Source of the DNA: Pyrodictium occultum
Lineage (GTDB): Archaea > Thermoproteota > Thermoprotei_A > Sulfolobales > Pyrodictiaceae
DNA length: 32,000 nt
Reading direction: 5' to 3'
Assembly: GCF_001462395.1 (NCBI RefSeq)
Contig: NZ_LNTB01000001.1
Location: forward strand, 720,001-752,000
Shown: piece by piece, positions 9,629-17,853 of the stretch
Layout: each line of letters begins with the position of its first letter
Numbering within the stretch: position 1 is the first letter of the stretch
Program-made: the position numbers and the translations under genes
The notes under the pieces: model-generated
The model's database searches: none
What the model was told of the DNA's origin: nothing
The model's input: the letters and a program-made list of their open reading frames with translations, nothing else

Positions 9629-9756
9629 GGCCCGATCCCGGCTTGGGGGCGCTGCGGGGCCTCGCGGACCCCACAGCATCCCCCAACGCGGCCGGCTTAA
9701 CTTCCGGGTTCGACATGAGTCCGGGTGTTGCCCGGCCGCTATGGCCGGGTCGGGCC
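9629..9756 (-). rRNA. 5S: 5S ribosomal RNA
   Basis: Minus strand reads GGCCCGACCCGGCCAUAGCGGCCGGGCAACACCCGGACUCAUGUCGAACCCGGAAGUUAAGCCGGCCGCGUUGGGGGAUGCUGUGGGGUCCGCGAGGCCCCGCAGCGCCCCCAAGCCGGGAUCGGGCC. This nearly matches the crenarchaeal 5S core as I recall it (..GGGCAACACCCGGACUCAU.UCGAACCCGGAAGUUAAGCC..). The 5' GGCCCGA pairs with the 3' UCGGGCC to form helix I. Length is 128 nt. Confidence 0.93.
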
Positions 9757-9781
9757 ATGCAACAGTGGGGCTCCTCCTGAG

Positions 9782-9790
9782 CTATTTAAG
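9782..9790 (-). promoter_or_regulatory. TATA box for the 5S rRNA gene
   Basis: Minus strand CTTAAATAG, centred ~30 nt upstream of the predicted 5S 5' end (9756). Confidence 0.55.
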
Positions 9791-9805
9791 TCTTACGCAG
9801 CCCAG

Positions 9806-10108
9806 CTATCCCCACAGGATCTTATTCGAGATAGGCTCGGCCTTCTCCTCATAAATCGCCTCTATGACCATCTTACCACCGCATACAGGGCACTCCTCGT
9901 CCACAATCTTACCAACGTAGTCTCCTTCACGGAACCCTCTCTTCACAACACCGTCGCAGGATAGGCAGCGGAGAACGGTAACTATGCGCCTGCCGGCCTC
10001 ACGGCGCCTCCTCACAGTAGCTATGGACATGTAGGCTACGACAGCCGCCGCGGTGAGCAGCAGCGCTACATAGCCTAGGGCTAGAGGCTCATTCACCCAG
10101 GCGGCCAA
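9806..10108 (-). CDS. small membrane-anchored zinc-ribbon protein
   Basis: 100 aa. N-terminal hydrophobic helix (LALGYVALLLTAAAVVAYMSIA), then RRRREAGRR and a CxxC..CxxC ribbon (CLSCDG...ECPVCGG). Lies 26 nt downstream of the preceding gene on the same strand. Confidence 0.6.
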   Translation of the reverse strand: MAAWVNEPLALGYVALLLTAAAVVAYMSIATVRRRREAGRRIVTVLRCLSCDGVVKRGFREGDYVGKIVDEECPVCGGKMVIEAIYEEKAEPISNKILWG

Positions 10109-10134
10109 TGGAGGTCCACCCCCGGGGGTAAGAG

Positions 10135-11283
10135 CTACTGGGCCACACCCAGTGTGTTGCCAACACCTACAACTATCACTGTGTCGCCGGGCCGCGTAGC
10201 CTCGAGTATCAGCTGCTTTACCCGCTCTACAGCCTTCTCGACACCATCCACAACCTCCTTCTTTATAGCCGTTATAGCCTCCTCGAGACCCATCTTTATA
10301 GCTATGGCGTAGAGCGGGGCCCCATGGGCTACAGCTATACGCTCTATACGTATCTTCTCGGGCCCCGGATCGCCCATCGCAACCCCAGTGCCCTCAGCTA
10401 TGGAGCCCGTCTCCTCCCCCTCGAGCTTTAGAGCGGCATCCACAGTTATTATGGCGGCAACGTTGCCCTGAAGCTCCTCGCTCACAATCTTCTCTACAGC
10501 CTCCCCTGGCCTCCCCACGGTGCTCCCCGGGCCGCGGGCCTTCACGATCACTACCCTCCGGTCCTCATACCTATGCACGCTGTAAACAGTGTCCTTGGTC
10601 ACCTCGCGCGGCTCCGATTCCACCTCAAGCATTCTCATCAGCTTATAGGCCGCAAGCGGGCCGGCTGCATCGCCTATAGGCACACCCTTACTCACAACAC
10701 CTACTGCATCATAGTAAGCCTTAGCTATCCTCATGTAGAGGGGGAGCAGCATCCACAGCTGCGCTACGAGCATCGCATTTCTAGTCTTCACGCCCAGGAG
10801 TAGTATATGGCGTAGGTACTTGTAGAGCATGTTTAGCGCATTAGCTATCACTAGCAGGGTTGCAACATTCTTCTTCTCGGCATCGTCAACCTCTCGTGGC
10901 AGGCTGCGGGAGATGACCTCCTCTATCCGCTCCTCCTCCGTGCGCAGTATTCTCTCAAGCCTCTTGGTTATATCCGTGGGCTCTATGGATACAGGCTCTA
11001 TAACAAAGTAGTCCATAACAGTGTTCAGCACCGCATCGGGATCCTTGGACCCCAGCTTCTCAAGCTTCTTACGCGCCTCTTCACGAGCCTTGTCCCGGTA
11101 GCCGGCGAGTATCCTTAGCCTCGACTCTATCTGGCTCCTCCATATCCTCAGCTGCAGGCCCTGAGCGGCCCCGAAGAACGCCATTATCGAGAGCACCGTT
11201 GAGATAAGTATGCTTATTGCTATTATCCAGGTGGCTATGTCCGATGAAGAGCCGGTCAAGGCTGCTGCGGCAGCCCCGGGCAT
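10135..11283 (-). CDS. conserved archaeal membrane-anchored protein (resembles the DUF1512 family, from memory)
   Basis: 382 aa. N-terminal TM helix (IATWIIAISILISTVLSIMAFFGAA), a coiled charged region, then a globular C-terminal half (..GVPIGDAAGPLAA..GPGSTVGRPGEA..GTGVAMGDPGPE..). SD-like GAGGGAG upstream of ATG 11283. Confidence 0.65.
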   Translation of the reverse strand: MPGAAAAALTGSSSDIATWIIAISILISTVLSIMAFFGAAQGLQLRIWRSQIESRLRILAGYRDKAREEARKKLEKLGSKDPDAVLNTVMDYFVIEPVSIEPTDITKRLERILRTEEERIEEVISRSLPREVDDAEKKNVATLLVIANALNMLYKYLRHILLLGVKTRNAMLVAQLWMLLPLYMRIAKAYYDAVGVVSKGVPIGDAAGPLAAYKLMRMLEVESEPREVTKDTVYSVHRYEDRRVVIVKARGPGSTVGRPGEAVEKIVSEELQGNVAAIITVDAALKLEGEETGSIAEGTGVAMGDPGPEKIRIERIAVAHGAPLYAIAIKMGLEEAITAIKKEVVDGVEKAVERVKQLILEATRPGDTVIVVGVGNTLGVAQ

Positions 11284-11368
11284 GCCAATACTCCCTCATA
11301 TATACCTACACGCGGGAGACGCTGTTTCCCTCACACAGCTCCTAGCCCCTATATAGTGTAAAGCGGGG

Positions 11369-12283
11369 TCAACTGGTCGTAACTATTACCTCCCCGTCAT
11401 CGGTTATCACTATGGTGTGCTCGAACTGTGCCACAATACCCTTAGCCTTCTCTATCAGTATGGGGTATCTAACGAGAAAGCCCATACGAGACAGCTTCCT
11501 GAGACTCCTACGCAGCTTCTCGATGTCGGGTTCGACGTCGGCTAGCCATCTCTCGCTAAACGGCAGGGTTTTGAATCTATCGCGTATAGCTGCAAGTACC
11601 TTCTTACTTACATTATCGAGTCTACGCCGGAGCCCAGTACACACGAGGGCGTAGATAGCCACTATGTCTCCCTCGTACACGAGGCCGGAGCCGTTGGTGC
11701 CGAAAGGCTCTATGGCGTACGCCTTTCCGGCAGAGAAGCGGCCGCGCGTCATAGGGTCATAGGCGTTGGGTATGCTCTCGCCCGCGTGTATAGTGTAGCG
11801 CGCAAGACTATGGCCCCCCAGGTTAACTATGGGTTTGAACCCCCTACTCCTGATAGTATTCTCTATGACCCGGCCTATCTCCGCGAAGCGTACCCCGGGC
11901 TTTACTGCATCGAGGGCCTTTGAGAGAGCCTCCTGCACCGCCTCCAGGAGGGGGTTCCACCTGTCGTCAAGCGCAACGGTCACTGCAGTATCAGCTATGT
12001 AGCCGTCCACGTGGACTCCCACATCCAGCTTGACGACAGCGTTCTCCGGTATGGTTGACTCGTCCCCCACCAGCGGAGAATAGTGGGCGGCTACCTCGTT
12101 CACAGATATGTTGCAGGGGAACGCTGGGGCTGCGCCGAGCTCGCGGGTCCTCCTCTCAACATGCTCGCAGACGTCTATCAGTCTGCGGCCAGCCTCTATC
12201 AGCTTAGCGCCCTCGTCCCTAACAATCTTGGCTATACGCCCGGCTTCAATATACTTCTTCAAGGCCTCCTCCATCACTTCCAA
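11369..12283 (-). CDS. map: methionine aminopeptidase, type 2 (archaeal)
   Basis: 304 aa, M24 fold. Motifs FPCNISVNEVAAHYSP, KLDVGVHVDGYIADTA, GHSLARYTIHAG and AQFEHTIV, which are metal-ligand contexts of archaeal MetAP. Confidence 0.9.
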   Translation of the reverse strand: MEVMEEALKKYIEAGRIAKIVRDEGAKLIEAGRRLIDVCEHVERRTRELGAAPAFPCNISVNEVAAHYSPLVGDESTIPENAVVKLDVGVHVDGYIADTAVTVALDDRWNPLLEAVQEALSKALDAVKPGVRFAEIGRVIENTIRSRGFKPIVNLGGHSLARYTIHAGESIPNAYDPMTRGRFSAGKAYAIEPFGTNGSGLVYEGDIVAIYALVCTGLRRRLDNVSKKVLAAIRDRFKTLPFSERWLADVEPDIEKLRRSLRKLSRMGFLVRYPILIEKAKGIVAQFEHTIVITDDGEVIVTTS

Positions 12284-12338
12284 TGCACCCGGACCGGCAT
12301 CCTACGCTCTATGCCCTAATTTAGCAAATGTCCCGCAT

Positions 12339-12698
12339 AGCGGCACACGGCCGACGCAGAAGGGGCTGCGGCTCAGAGATGCGGGGTACTACACTCACCG
12401 CCCCCAGGGGCCCCTGCCCCGGGAGGGCTCGTTCCGTGGTCCATTCTTCACAGCCAGGCTGGGAGAGGGCCCCAGCGGAGCCCCCGGCAGCCCTCTCCGG
12501 CGCCCGGTATCCCAGCCCGAACTTAACCCTGTCAGGCATTCCTCTGGATAATGATGCTACCAGGCCGGGCCTTCCCCCTAAGCCTGACAGGCTAAACTGC
12601 ACAGGATTGAGGGGAGGCCTCCTACGTGCTACCACGGCCAGAGCCGGGGCTTGAGGGCCTCCCAGGCTTCCTGTACAGCCTAGCACGCCGGCACCGCT
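12339..12698 (-). ncRNA. candidate ~360-nt structured RNA, class unresolved (divergent SRP/RNase P RNA or unknown)
   Basis: Lies in a 498-bp gap with no credible ORF. A 14-bp terminal helix joins 12685-12698 to 12339-12357. Perfect internal stems of 10 bp (12582-12591/12528-12537) and 9 bp (12490-12498/12462-12470), plus a 9-bp hairpin at 12401-12425. G.U pairs occur only on the minus-strand reading. A TATA-like element sits ~29 nt upstream of the predicted 5' end. Confidence 0.5.
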
Positions 12699-12723
12699 TC
12701 AGTAGGCGCTCCATACAGATGCT

Positions 12724-12732
12724 GCTATACAT
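12724..12732 (-). promoter_or_regulatory. TATA-like element upstream of the candidate structured RNA
   Basis: Minus strand ATGTATAGC, centred ~29 nt from the 5' end of the terminal helix. Spacing is the same as at the 5S promoter in this window. Confidence 0.35.
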
Positions 12733-12781
12733 GGGCTCTCCGGGGAAGACAGCCTGAGGAGAGAGCGCTGAGGAGATCAGG

Positions 12782-13429
12782 ATGAAGGCGAGGGAGAGGA
12801 GGGCCAGGGCGCTGGCCGAGGCCAACGAGGTGCTACTACCACTCCTAGGGGGAGCCCGTGCTCTGGTGAGAGTGCTAGAGGCTGCAGGTAGAAGCCCGGC
12901 CAGGCCGGTATCGCTGCACAGCTCCGGTGATAAGAGGCTTCACGCACTTATCCTTGAGCTGCCCGGCTCGAGCCCCCTCGTGGTGGCGGTGTACTCGTCG
13001 ACACAGGAGTCCAGGCCCACCTCGCCCCAGCAGCTCGCCAAGAGAATGAAGAGGCTTGCCGGCTTCGTGGCGAGGCTGCGGGGAAGGTACTTCAACGCAG
13101 CGGACGTGGCCTACATCTACATATCCCCAAGGGGGCTCACTAGAGGGGCTAGGAGGCTAGCCATAGGCCTCAAGACATTTTTCGCCCAGAGCGGCAGGGA
13201 GGCTAGGCAGAAGCTAGCAAAGTTCCTCGCAACCCGCTACTACAAGCTCCTAGCGAGTCTCCGCGGGAAACGAGTCTGGGGTCCCGTCCCGCTTCTCCTA
13301 TACGCCCTCTCCATCCTAGCTCAGCGGCTCGGGGCTCACGTCGAGCCAGTCTCGGCCGCTCGAGCTATCGAGCTGAGCACACGGGGAGGCTTCATAAATG
13401 CTATAGCTCCCTCGCAACCCTTAGGCTGA
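12782..13429 (+). CDS. hypothetical protein (Arg-rich, no recognised domain)
   Basis: 215 aa, ATG preceded by GGAG. Alternating hydrophobic patterning (LHALILELPGSSPLVVAVYSS.., DVAYIYISPRGLTRGARRLA..) looks protein-like, but I recognise no family. Confidence 0.5.
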   Translation: MKARERRARALAEANEVLLPLLGGARALVRVLEAAGRSPARPVSLHSSGDKRLHALILELPGSSPLVVAVYSSTQESRPTSPQQLAKRMKRLAGFVARLRGRYFNAADVAYIYISPRGLTRGARRLAIGLKTFFAQSGREARQKLAKFLATRYYKLLASLRGKRVWGPVPLLLYALSILAQRLGAHVEPVSAARAIELSTRGGFINAIAPSQPLG

Positions 13430-14112
13430 CCCAGCCCCAGGCTTTCAGCCCCGCTTCTCCCAGACCGGCACTCCTCATAGTCCTGTAACCTGCATGATCC
13501 CCGGTTTATTTGAAGGGGCTAGCAGAGAGTAGAATTAGACCCCAGCACGCGTCATAGCAGTATAGTTATTCTCATACACTATAACCCACACAACAATATG
13601 CAATGTGTATCCTTAAGCATAGCTAGATGCGAAGTATCTAGCTAGGGTCAACGTGTTCTATAGCAGCCAGCCCATACCGGGTTGCGAGGTTCATGCTGCC
13701 TCGGGTGCCCCCCTACCCCAACCCGGAGAGGGCTACATCGCCTGACGCCACGTGCCACACCACTTATATCAACTAACCACGAGGTTACACAACGTAAATT
13801 AGGCAGCGTATTACATAACATATAAAACAGATGGACAACCTATTGAAATACACTGCTCATGCATATTACCACATCGCTTCAGGACAGCTCCGGGAAGGCT
13901 GTACGTGCAGCCCAACTTCGCCTGATCCCAGCAACACGGCATGAGAACCTCCATGGCTAGTAGTAATTACAAGATTCTTCTTGCAGCTAGAGCTTTGAGA
14001 GCGACCCATGTTAGGCACGATAATACTTGACCTTTTTCTATAATAACATTTAAAACAATTTATTTTATAAATGTACATTATTGGGTGGCTATGCGGCAGC
14101 CGTGCCCACGGG

Positions 14113-14724
14113 CTACATGGTCTCCGCGATGCTACATGCCTCTTTTCCGGATTTTACCACGTCTCGTATTAGAGGTTCTAGCACAGCCATCTCACCATAT
14201 TCATGTATGAGCTTCTCTATGCTCTTGGCGGATGAGCATGCTATCTCCGCGACATCGGTGAAGCCCTGGCTCATATATCTCAGGCTCTGCAGGAGCGTTG
14301 ATAGGGTTTCAGCTAGCTTGGCTACGTGTGCCTCTAAGCTCTTCTGCTCCACATACTCCATCATCAGCTTGTATACTACACTATCGTTGCCGAGCAGCTC
14401 GCTGGCTACTTTCAGCTCAAGCTTCTCCTTCCTCTCCTTTCCTATGGCGTCGACGGTCAGCTTCACTATATCGCCCACAACGGACTCTGAGAGGTCATGT
14501 ACGGCCGATATAGCTGCCGCGTAGAAGGGATCCACCTTCACCCCGTGCTGGCTCATGTAGTCGGCTAGGACTAGCGCTAGCACTGTCGCCTCGGACATGT
14601 GTTCTGCAATGCTCTCGGCTATGGCAGCGTGCACGCCCCTGAGCATCCAGCCGGTACGTGGTGTTGCCTTAAGGGCTGCCAGCATGCGGTCGAGCCTGCG
14701 GAGCCCCTCGCGGCTCAGGGACAT
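14113..14724 (-). CDS. HD-domain phosphohydrolase (YfbR/HDDC2-like 5'-deoxynucleotidase family)
   Basis: 203 aa. Motifs RTGWMLRGV..ESIAEHMSEA..(H)..AVHDLSESVVGDI match the H..HD..D pattern and N-terminal RTGW motif of YfbR-like HD proteins. Confidence 0.82.
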   Translation of the reverse strand: MSLSREGLRRLDRMLAALKATPRTGWMLRGVHAAIAESIAEHMSEATVLALVLADYMSQHGVKVDPFYAAAISAVHDLSESVVGDIVKLTVDAIGKERKEKLELKVASELLGNDSVVYKLMMEYVEQKSLEAHVAKLAETLSTLLQSLRYMSQGFTDVAEIACSSAKSIEKLIHEYGEMAVLEPLIRDVVKSGKEACSIAETM

Positions 14725-15017
14725 CGCATGGATCCCTCCCTTGGATCCCGGGGGTTCGATGCAGAAAGAATGCTATAATCCAGCTCCCGGTGGGATGCAC
14801 GAGAAGCCTTCCTGACCCAGGGGCTCTAGGCCCCTCTCCTCGGCCTGCTGGGGGCGGCGCTAAAAGCCCAAGGGTATATTGAAGGCCGGGAGACCCGGGG
14901 TCACTGCACCGCCCGCCGGCGGCCTCTTCCCCCGGGCGTCGCGGCTCCAGGCTCCCCAGGCTCTCCTAAGGGGTTAAAGTAGCATCTTGAAAGGAGGGTC
15001 AGGCGAAATCCGATACA

Positions 15018-17564
15018 TCACCGGTTCAGCTGCTCGGCTCCAGTCATCCCCCCTCTCTGGGCGCCAGTGCCTCCTCGGAGCCCGGCTATGTAGGCTCCCT
15101 CTGTCAGCTTCTCCGCCGTCTCGGGCGGCTCGCCTACAACGGTCTCGATACGGTGCATGTACTCCAGGTCCTTGGCGAAGGGCTCCATCTCCTTGCTCAG
15201 GTATAGCTTGTAGCCCTCGACCTTCTGGGACAGCTTGTAGCCGTGGCTGCGCTTCCAGGTCCATAGCGCGCTATTCAGCTGGAGCACTTTGTCGAGCATC
15301 TTCGCGTATGCTGTGTCCCATTCGGGGTTGGGCTCGGGGAACTTCTGCCGGTGAACCGAGTCTCCGTAGAGCCTGCGGTAGAGCGCGTCGGTTATGAAGG
15401 GGAGTATAGGTGCTAGCATTCTCAGCAAGGCGTCCAGTATAGTGTGGAGTGTGAACCAGGCCCCCCTCTGTTCCTCCTCGCTGAACTCGCCCTCCCTATT
15501 GTAAGCCCTCGTCTTCACTAGCTCCAGATAGTGGGCCGCGAATATGTTCCAGGTGAAGTTATAGAGCTCGTTAACCGGCTGGTGCACGTCCAGCTCCTCG
15601 CCGTAGTAGTGGTCTACTCTCCTTATCAGGTTGTTGAGGGCCCCGAGGAACACTAGGTCGATAGGCCTCAGCCTGTAGCCGTCCGTGGGCCTCGGGAAGC
15701 TGGATACGAACCTGGCGATGTTCCATAGCTTTGTGAGGAAGAGCTTACCGGTCTTAAGCGTCTGCTCGCTGAACCGGTAGTCGTCTCCCAGCCTGGCGGC
15801 CGCTGCGGCCCAGAACCTGAACGGCTCGGCACCGTAGGCCTCTATATAGGGCTCCGGGTCTATCACGTTCCCCAGGCTCTTGTGCATAGCCCTGCCCTTA
15901 GGGTCGAGCCCCATGCCGGTTACGCGTACCCAGCGGAACGCCGGCTTGCCGAGCAGCTGGTAGACGCGGAGCACGCTGAAGTAGAGCCATGTCCTTATTA
16001 TGTCGACTCCCTGAGGCCTCAGGGTGTATGGTAGCTCCTCGTCCCGGGAGAAGACCCGCTCGAACAGCTTGAGGTTCCTCATGTAGCCGGAAGCATAGAG
16101 CACGCTTATGCTCGAGTCGAACCATGTATCGAACACCCTGGTCTCGCCTTCTAGCTCGCTTCGTGGGGCCCCGCAGCGTGGGCAGCGCTCCCACGGCGGC
16201 TCCTCTAGCCAGGGGCGGTAGTAGCGGCCAGGCTCTGGGACGAGCTTTGCTCCACACCGACGGCAGGTCCAGATGGGGATCTCGGTGCCATAGTACCTTG
16301 TGCGGGATATGGGCCAATCCATCTTCAGGCTGTCTATCCAGTCCAGTAGCTTCTGCCGGTGCTTCTCCGGCTTAAAGTGCATCTTCTTGACTATCTCGCG
16401 CAGCTTGTCCTGGAACTCGAGCTGCTTTAGGAAGTACTCGCGCACATGTACTATCTCGACGGGGGTTTTGCAGCGCCAGCATACGGGGACGCTGTGGCGT
16501 ATCAGCTCCTTCTTCGCTATGAGGCCCCTCTTCTCCAGCTCCTCCACCATGCGGCGCCTGGCTTCGCGTACGGGCAGGCCTTTGAGGAACCCTGCCTTCT
16601 CGTTCATTGTGCCGTCCTGGTTTATTATCACCTTGGGCTCCAGCCCGAGGTCCTTTATCATCTGGACGTCTGTCCAGTCGCCATAGCTGCTCACCATCAC
16701 AAGCCCGGTGCCGAAGTCGGGCTTGGCGGCTGGGTGCTCGAGTATAGGCACCTCGTACTCGTAGATAGGTACAATTGCGTGGAGCCCCTTTAGCCTCTTG
16801 TAGCGCTCATCCTCGGGGTTGTATACCACCGCCCGCGCTGCGCCTATCAGCTCGGGCCTCGTCGTGGCTATCAGTATCTCCTCCCCGGTCTCCTTTACCC
16901 TCCACTTTACGTAGTAGAGGTAGGAGTCCTCCTCGCGGTGCTCTATCTCAGCCTCGCTGAGCGAGGTGCGGCATCGGGGACACCAGTTGACCGGCCTCTC
17001 GTCCTCGTAGATGAGCCCCCTCCTCCAGAGCTCTATGAAGGTGGCTTGGGTGATTCTGCGGTACTCAGGGCTGTCGGTGCCGTTCCTTATGTAGGTGAAG
17101 CTGCAGCCCAGCCCTCTCCATATCCTCACGAGCTCTTCCTCAACCCTGTCAAGCTCTTGGCTGCAGAGCTCTAGGAACTTCTTACGACCCTCCTTGGTCT
17201 TGGCCATCTCGTGTGCTAGAATGTTATACTTCTTCTCGATTGTAACCTCTACCGGTAGTCCATTACGGTCGGCATACCAGGGCACGAACACGTTCCAGCC
17301 CTTCATACGGAAGTAGCGTGCAATCATGTCTATCTGAGCGTAGTGCGCCGCCCCGCCCACATGCCACTTGCCGCTAGGATAGGGCGGTGGGGTGTCGATT
17401 ACCAGCACGGGTCCCTCACGGTCCGGGTCGAATTCGTAGAGACGCTCCTCGCTCCACTTCTCTAGGAGCTCCTTCTCCAGCTCCTTGCTCCATCGCTTCT
17501 CCTTTATCCTAGGTAGGAAGCTCTGCCCAGACGAAGGCTTGGCACCCACGCTGCCGCACCTCAA
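15018..17564 (-). CDS. valS: valyl-tRNA synthetase (non-canonical HIGH/KMSKS signatures)
   Basis: 848 aa. ValRS-type motifs: IDTPPPYPSGKWHVGG, WCPRCRTSLSEAEIE, ATTRPELIGAARAVVYNPEDERY, GTGLVMVSSYGDWTDV, DWPISRTRYYGTEIPIW, FDTWFDSS, RPQGVDIIRTW and GRAMHKSLGNVIDP. Track start is TTG 17564; GTG 17549 is an alternative. Confidence 0.85.
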   Translation of the reverse strand: MRCGSVGAKPSSGQSFLPRIKEKRWSKELEKELLEKWSEERLYEFDPDREGPVLVIDTPPPYPSGKWHVGGAAHYAQIDMIARYFRMKGWNVFVPWYADRNGLPVEVTIEKKYNILAHEMAKTKEGRKKFLELCSQELDRVEEELVRIWRGLGCSFTYIRNGTDSPEYRRITQATFIELWRRGLIYEDERPVNWCPRCRTSLSEAEIEHREEDSYLYYVKWRVKETGEEILIATTRPELIGAARAVVYNPEDERYKRLKGLHAIVPIYEYEVPILEHPAAKPDFGTGLVMVSSYGDWTDVQMIKDLGLEPKVIINQDGTMNEKAGFLKGLPVREARRRMVEELEKRGLIAKKELIRHSVPVCWRCKTPVEIVHVREYFLKQLEFQDKLREIVKKMHFKPEKHRQKLLDWIDSLKMDWPISRTRYYGTEIPIWTCRRCGAKLVPEPGRYYRPWLEEPPWERCPRCGAPRSELEGETRVFDTWFDSSISVLYASGYMRNLKLFERVFSRDEELPYTLRPQGVDIIRTWLYFSVLRVYQLLGKPAFRWVRVTGMGLDPKGRAMHKSLGNVIDPEPYIEAYGAEPFRFWAAAAARLGDDYRFSEQTLKTGKLFLTKLWNIARFVSSFPRPTDGYRLRPIDLVFLGALNNLIRRVDHYYGEELDVHQPVNELYNFTWNIFAAHYLELVKTRAYNREGEFSEEEQRGAWFTLHTILDALLRMLAPILPFITDALYRRLYGDSVHRQKFPEPNPEWDTAYAKMLDKVLQLNSALWTWKRSHGYKLSQKVEGYKLYLSKEMEPFAKDLEYMHRIETVVGEPPETAEKLTEGAYIAGLRGGTGAQRGGMTGAEQLNR

Positions 17565-17797
17565 GGCGTCCTGGGTAAAAGAGGGCTCGCCGCTGCTGGA
17601 GGCTTTAGTAATAAACTCCCGCTGGCCTCTCTGCGTGCGTTACCGGGCCTGCCGGTCCCGCCTAGCACTGGGCTGGTGATAATACTGGGCTGGCTCTATT
17701 CCGGAGCGCTGTGCCCAGGCTCCCCGGTAATACAAATGTATTCCTAGTGCGTGCCGGAGGGGTAGGAAACTCCTCTAGCGGCCCCCAAAGTAAAGCC

Positions 17798-17805
17798 TAT
17801 AAAAG
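17798..17805 (+). promoter_or_regulatory. TATA box upstream of cren7
   Basis: TATAAAAG lies ~50 nt upstream of the TTG start. A GGGGGTG SD-like element sits immediately before the start codon. Confidence 0.5.
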
Positions 17806-17853
17806 AGTGGAAGAGCACTCTACTACCGGAGTAAGGGGAGTTAGTGGGGGTGT

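Noticed and set aside
9477-9854. ORFs 9477..9758(-), 9594..9854(+) and 9725..9964(+).
   Set aside because: They overlap the 5S rRNA gene and its promoter, and their translations are low-complexity.
12321-12686. ORFs 12321..12686(-) and 12328..12654(+) as protein genes.
   Set aside because: Both are Gly/Pro/Arg/Ala-rich with no hydrophobic core pattern. They overlap each other completely and coincide with extensive RNA-like helices.
12339-12698. Naming the structured RNA outright as SRP (7S) RNA or RNase P RNA.
   Set aside because: For SRP, I could not find a helix-8 GNAR tetraloop followed by an AGCA loop, nor a long continuous helix 5. For RNase P, there is no GGAAAGUCC (CR-I) near the 5' end and no ACAGAA..GGCUUA near the 3' end; the nearest match, AGAGGAAUGCC, sits mid-molecule. 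It is kept as unclassified.
13866-14078. 70-aa ORF in low-GC island 1 (MYIYKINCFKCYY..).
   Set aside because: It begins inside a roughly 90% AT block. Its composition is unlike any other protein here, it has no motif, and no SD or TATA lies at a sensible distance.
14852-14914. 63-nt element with an 8-bp terminal stem on the minus strand (GGGCGGUG/CGCCGCCC, one G.U) and an internal CCGGG-UCU-CCCGG hairpin, considered as a tRNA or H/ACA sRNA.
   Set aside because: It is too short for a tRNA, has no T-loop (GTTCRANYC), and has no ACA box or convincing K-turn. It may simply be a terminator-like hairpin between valS and the HD gene.
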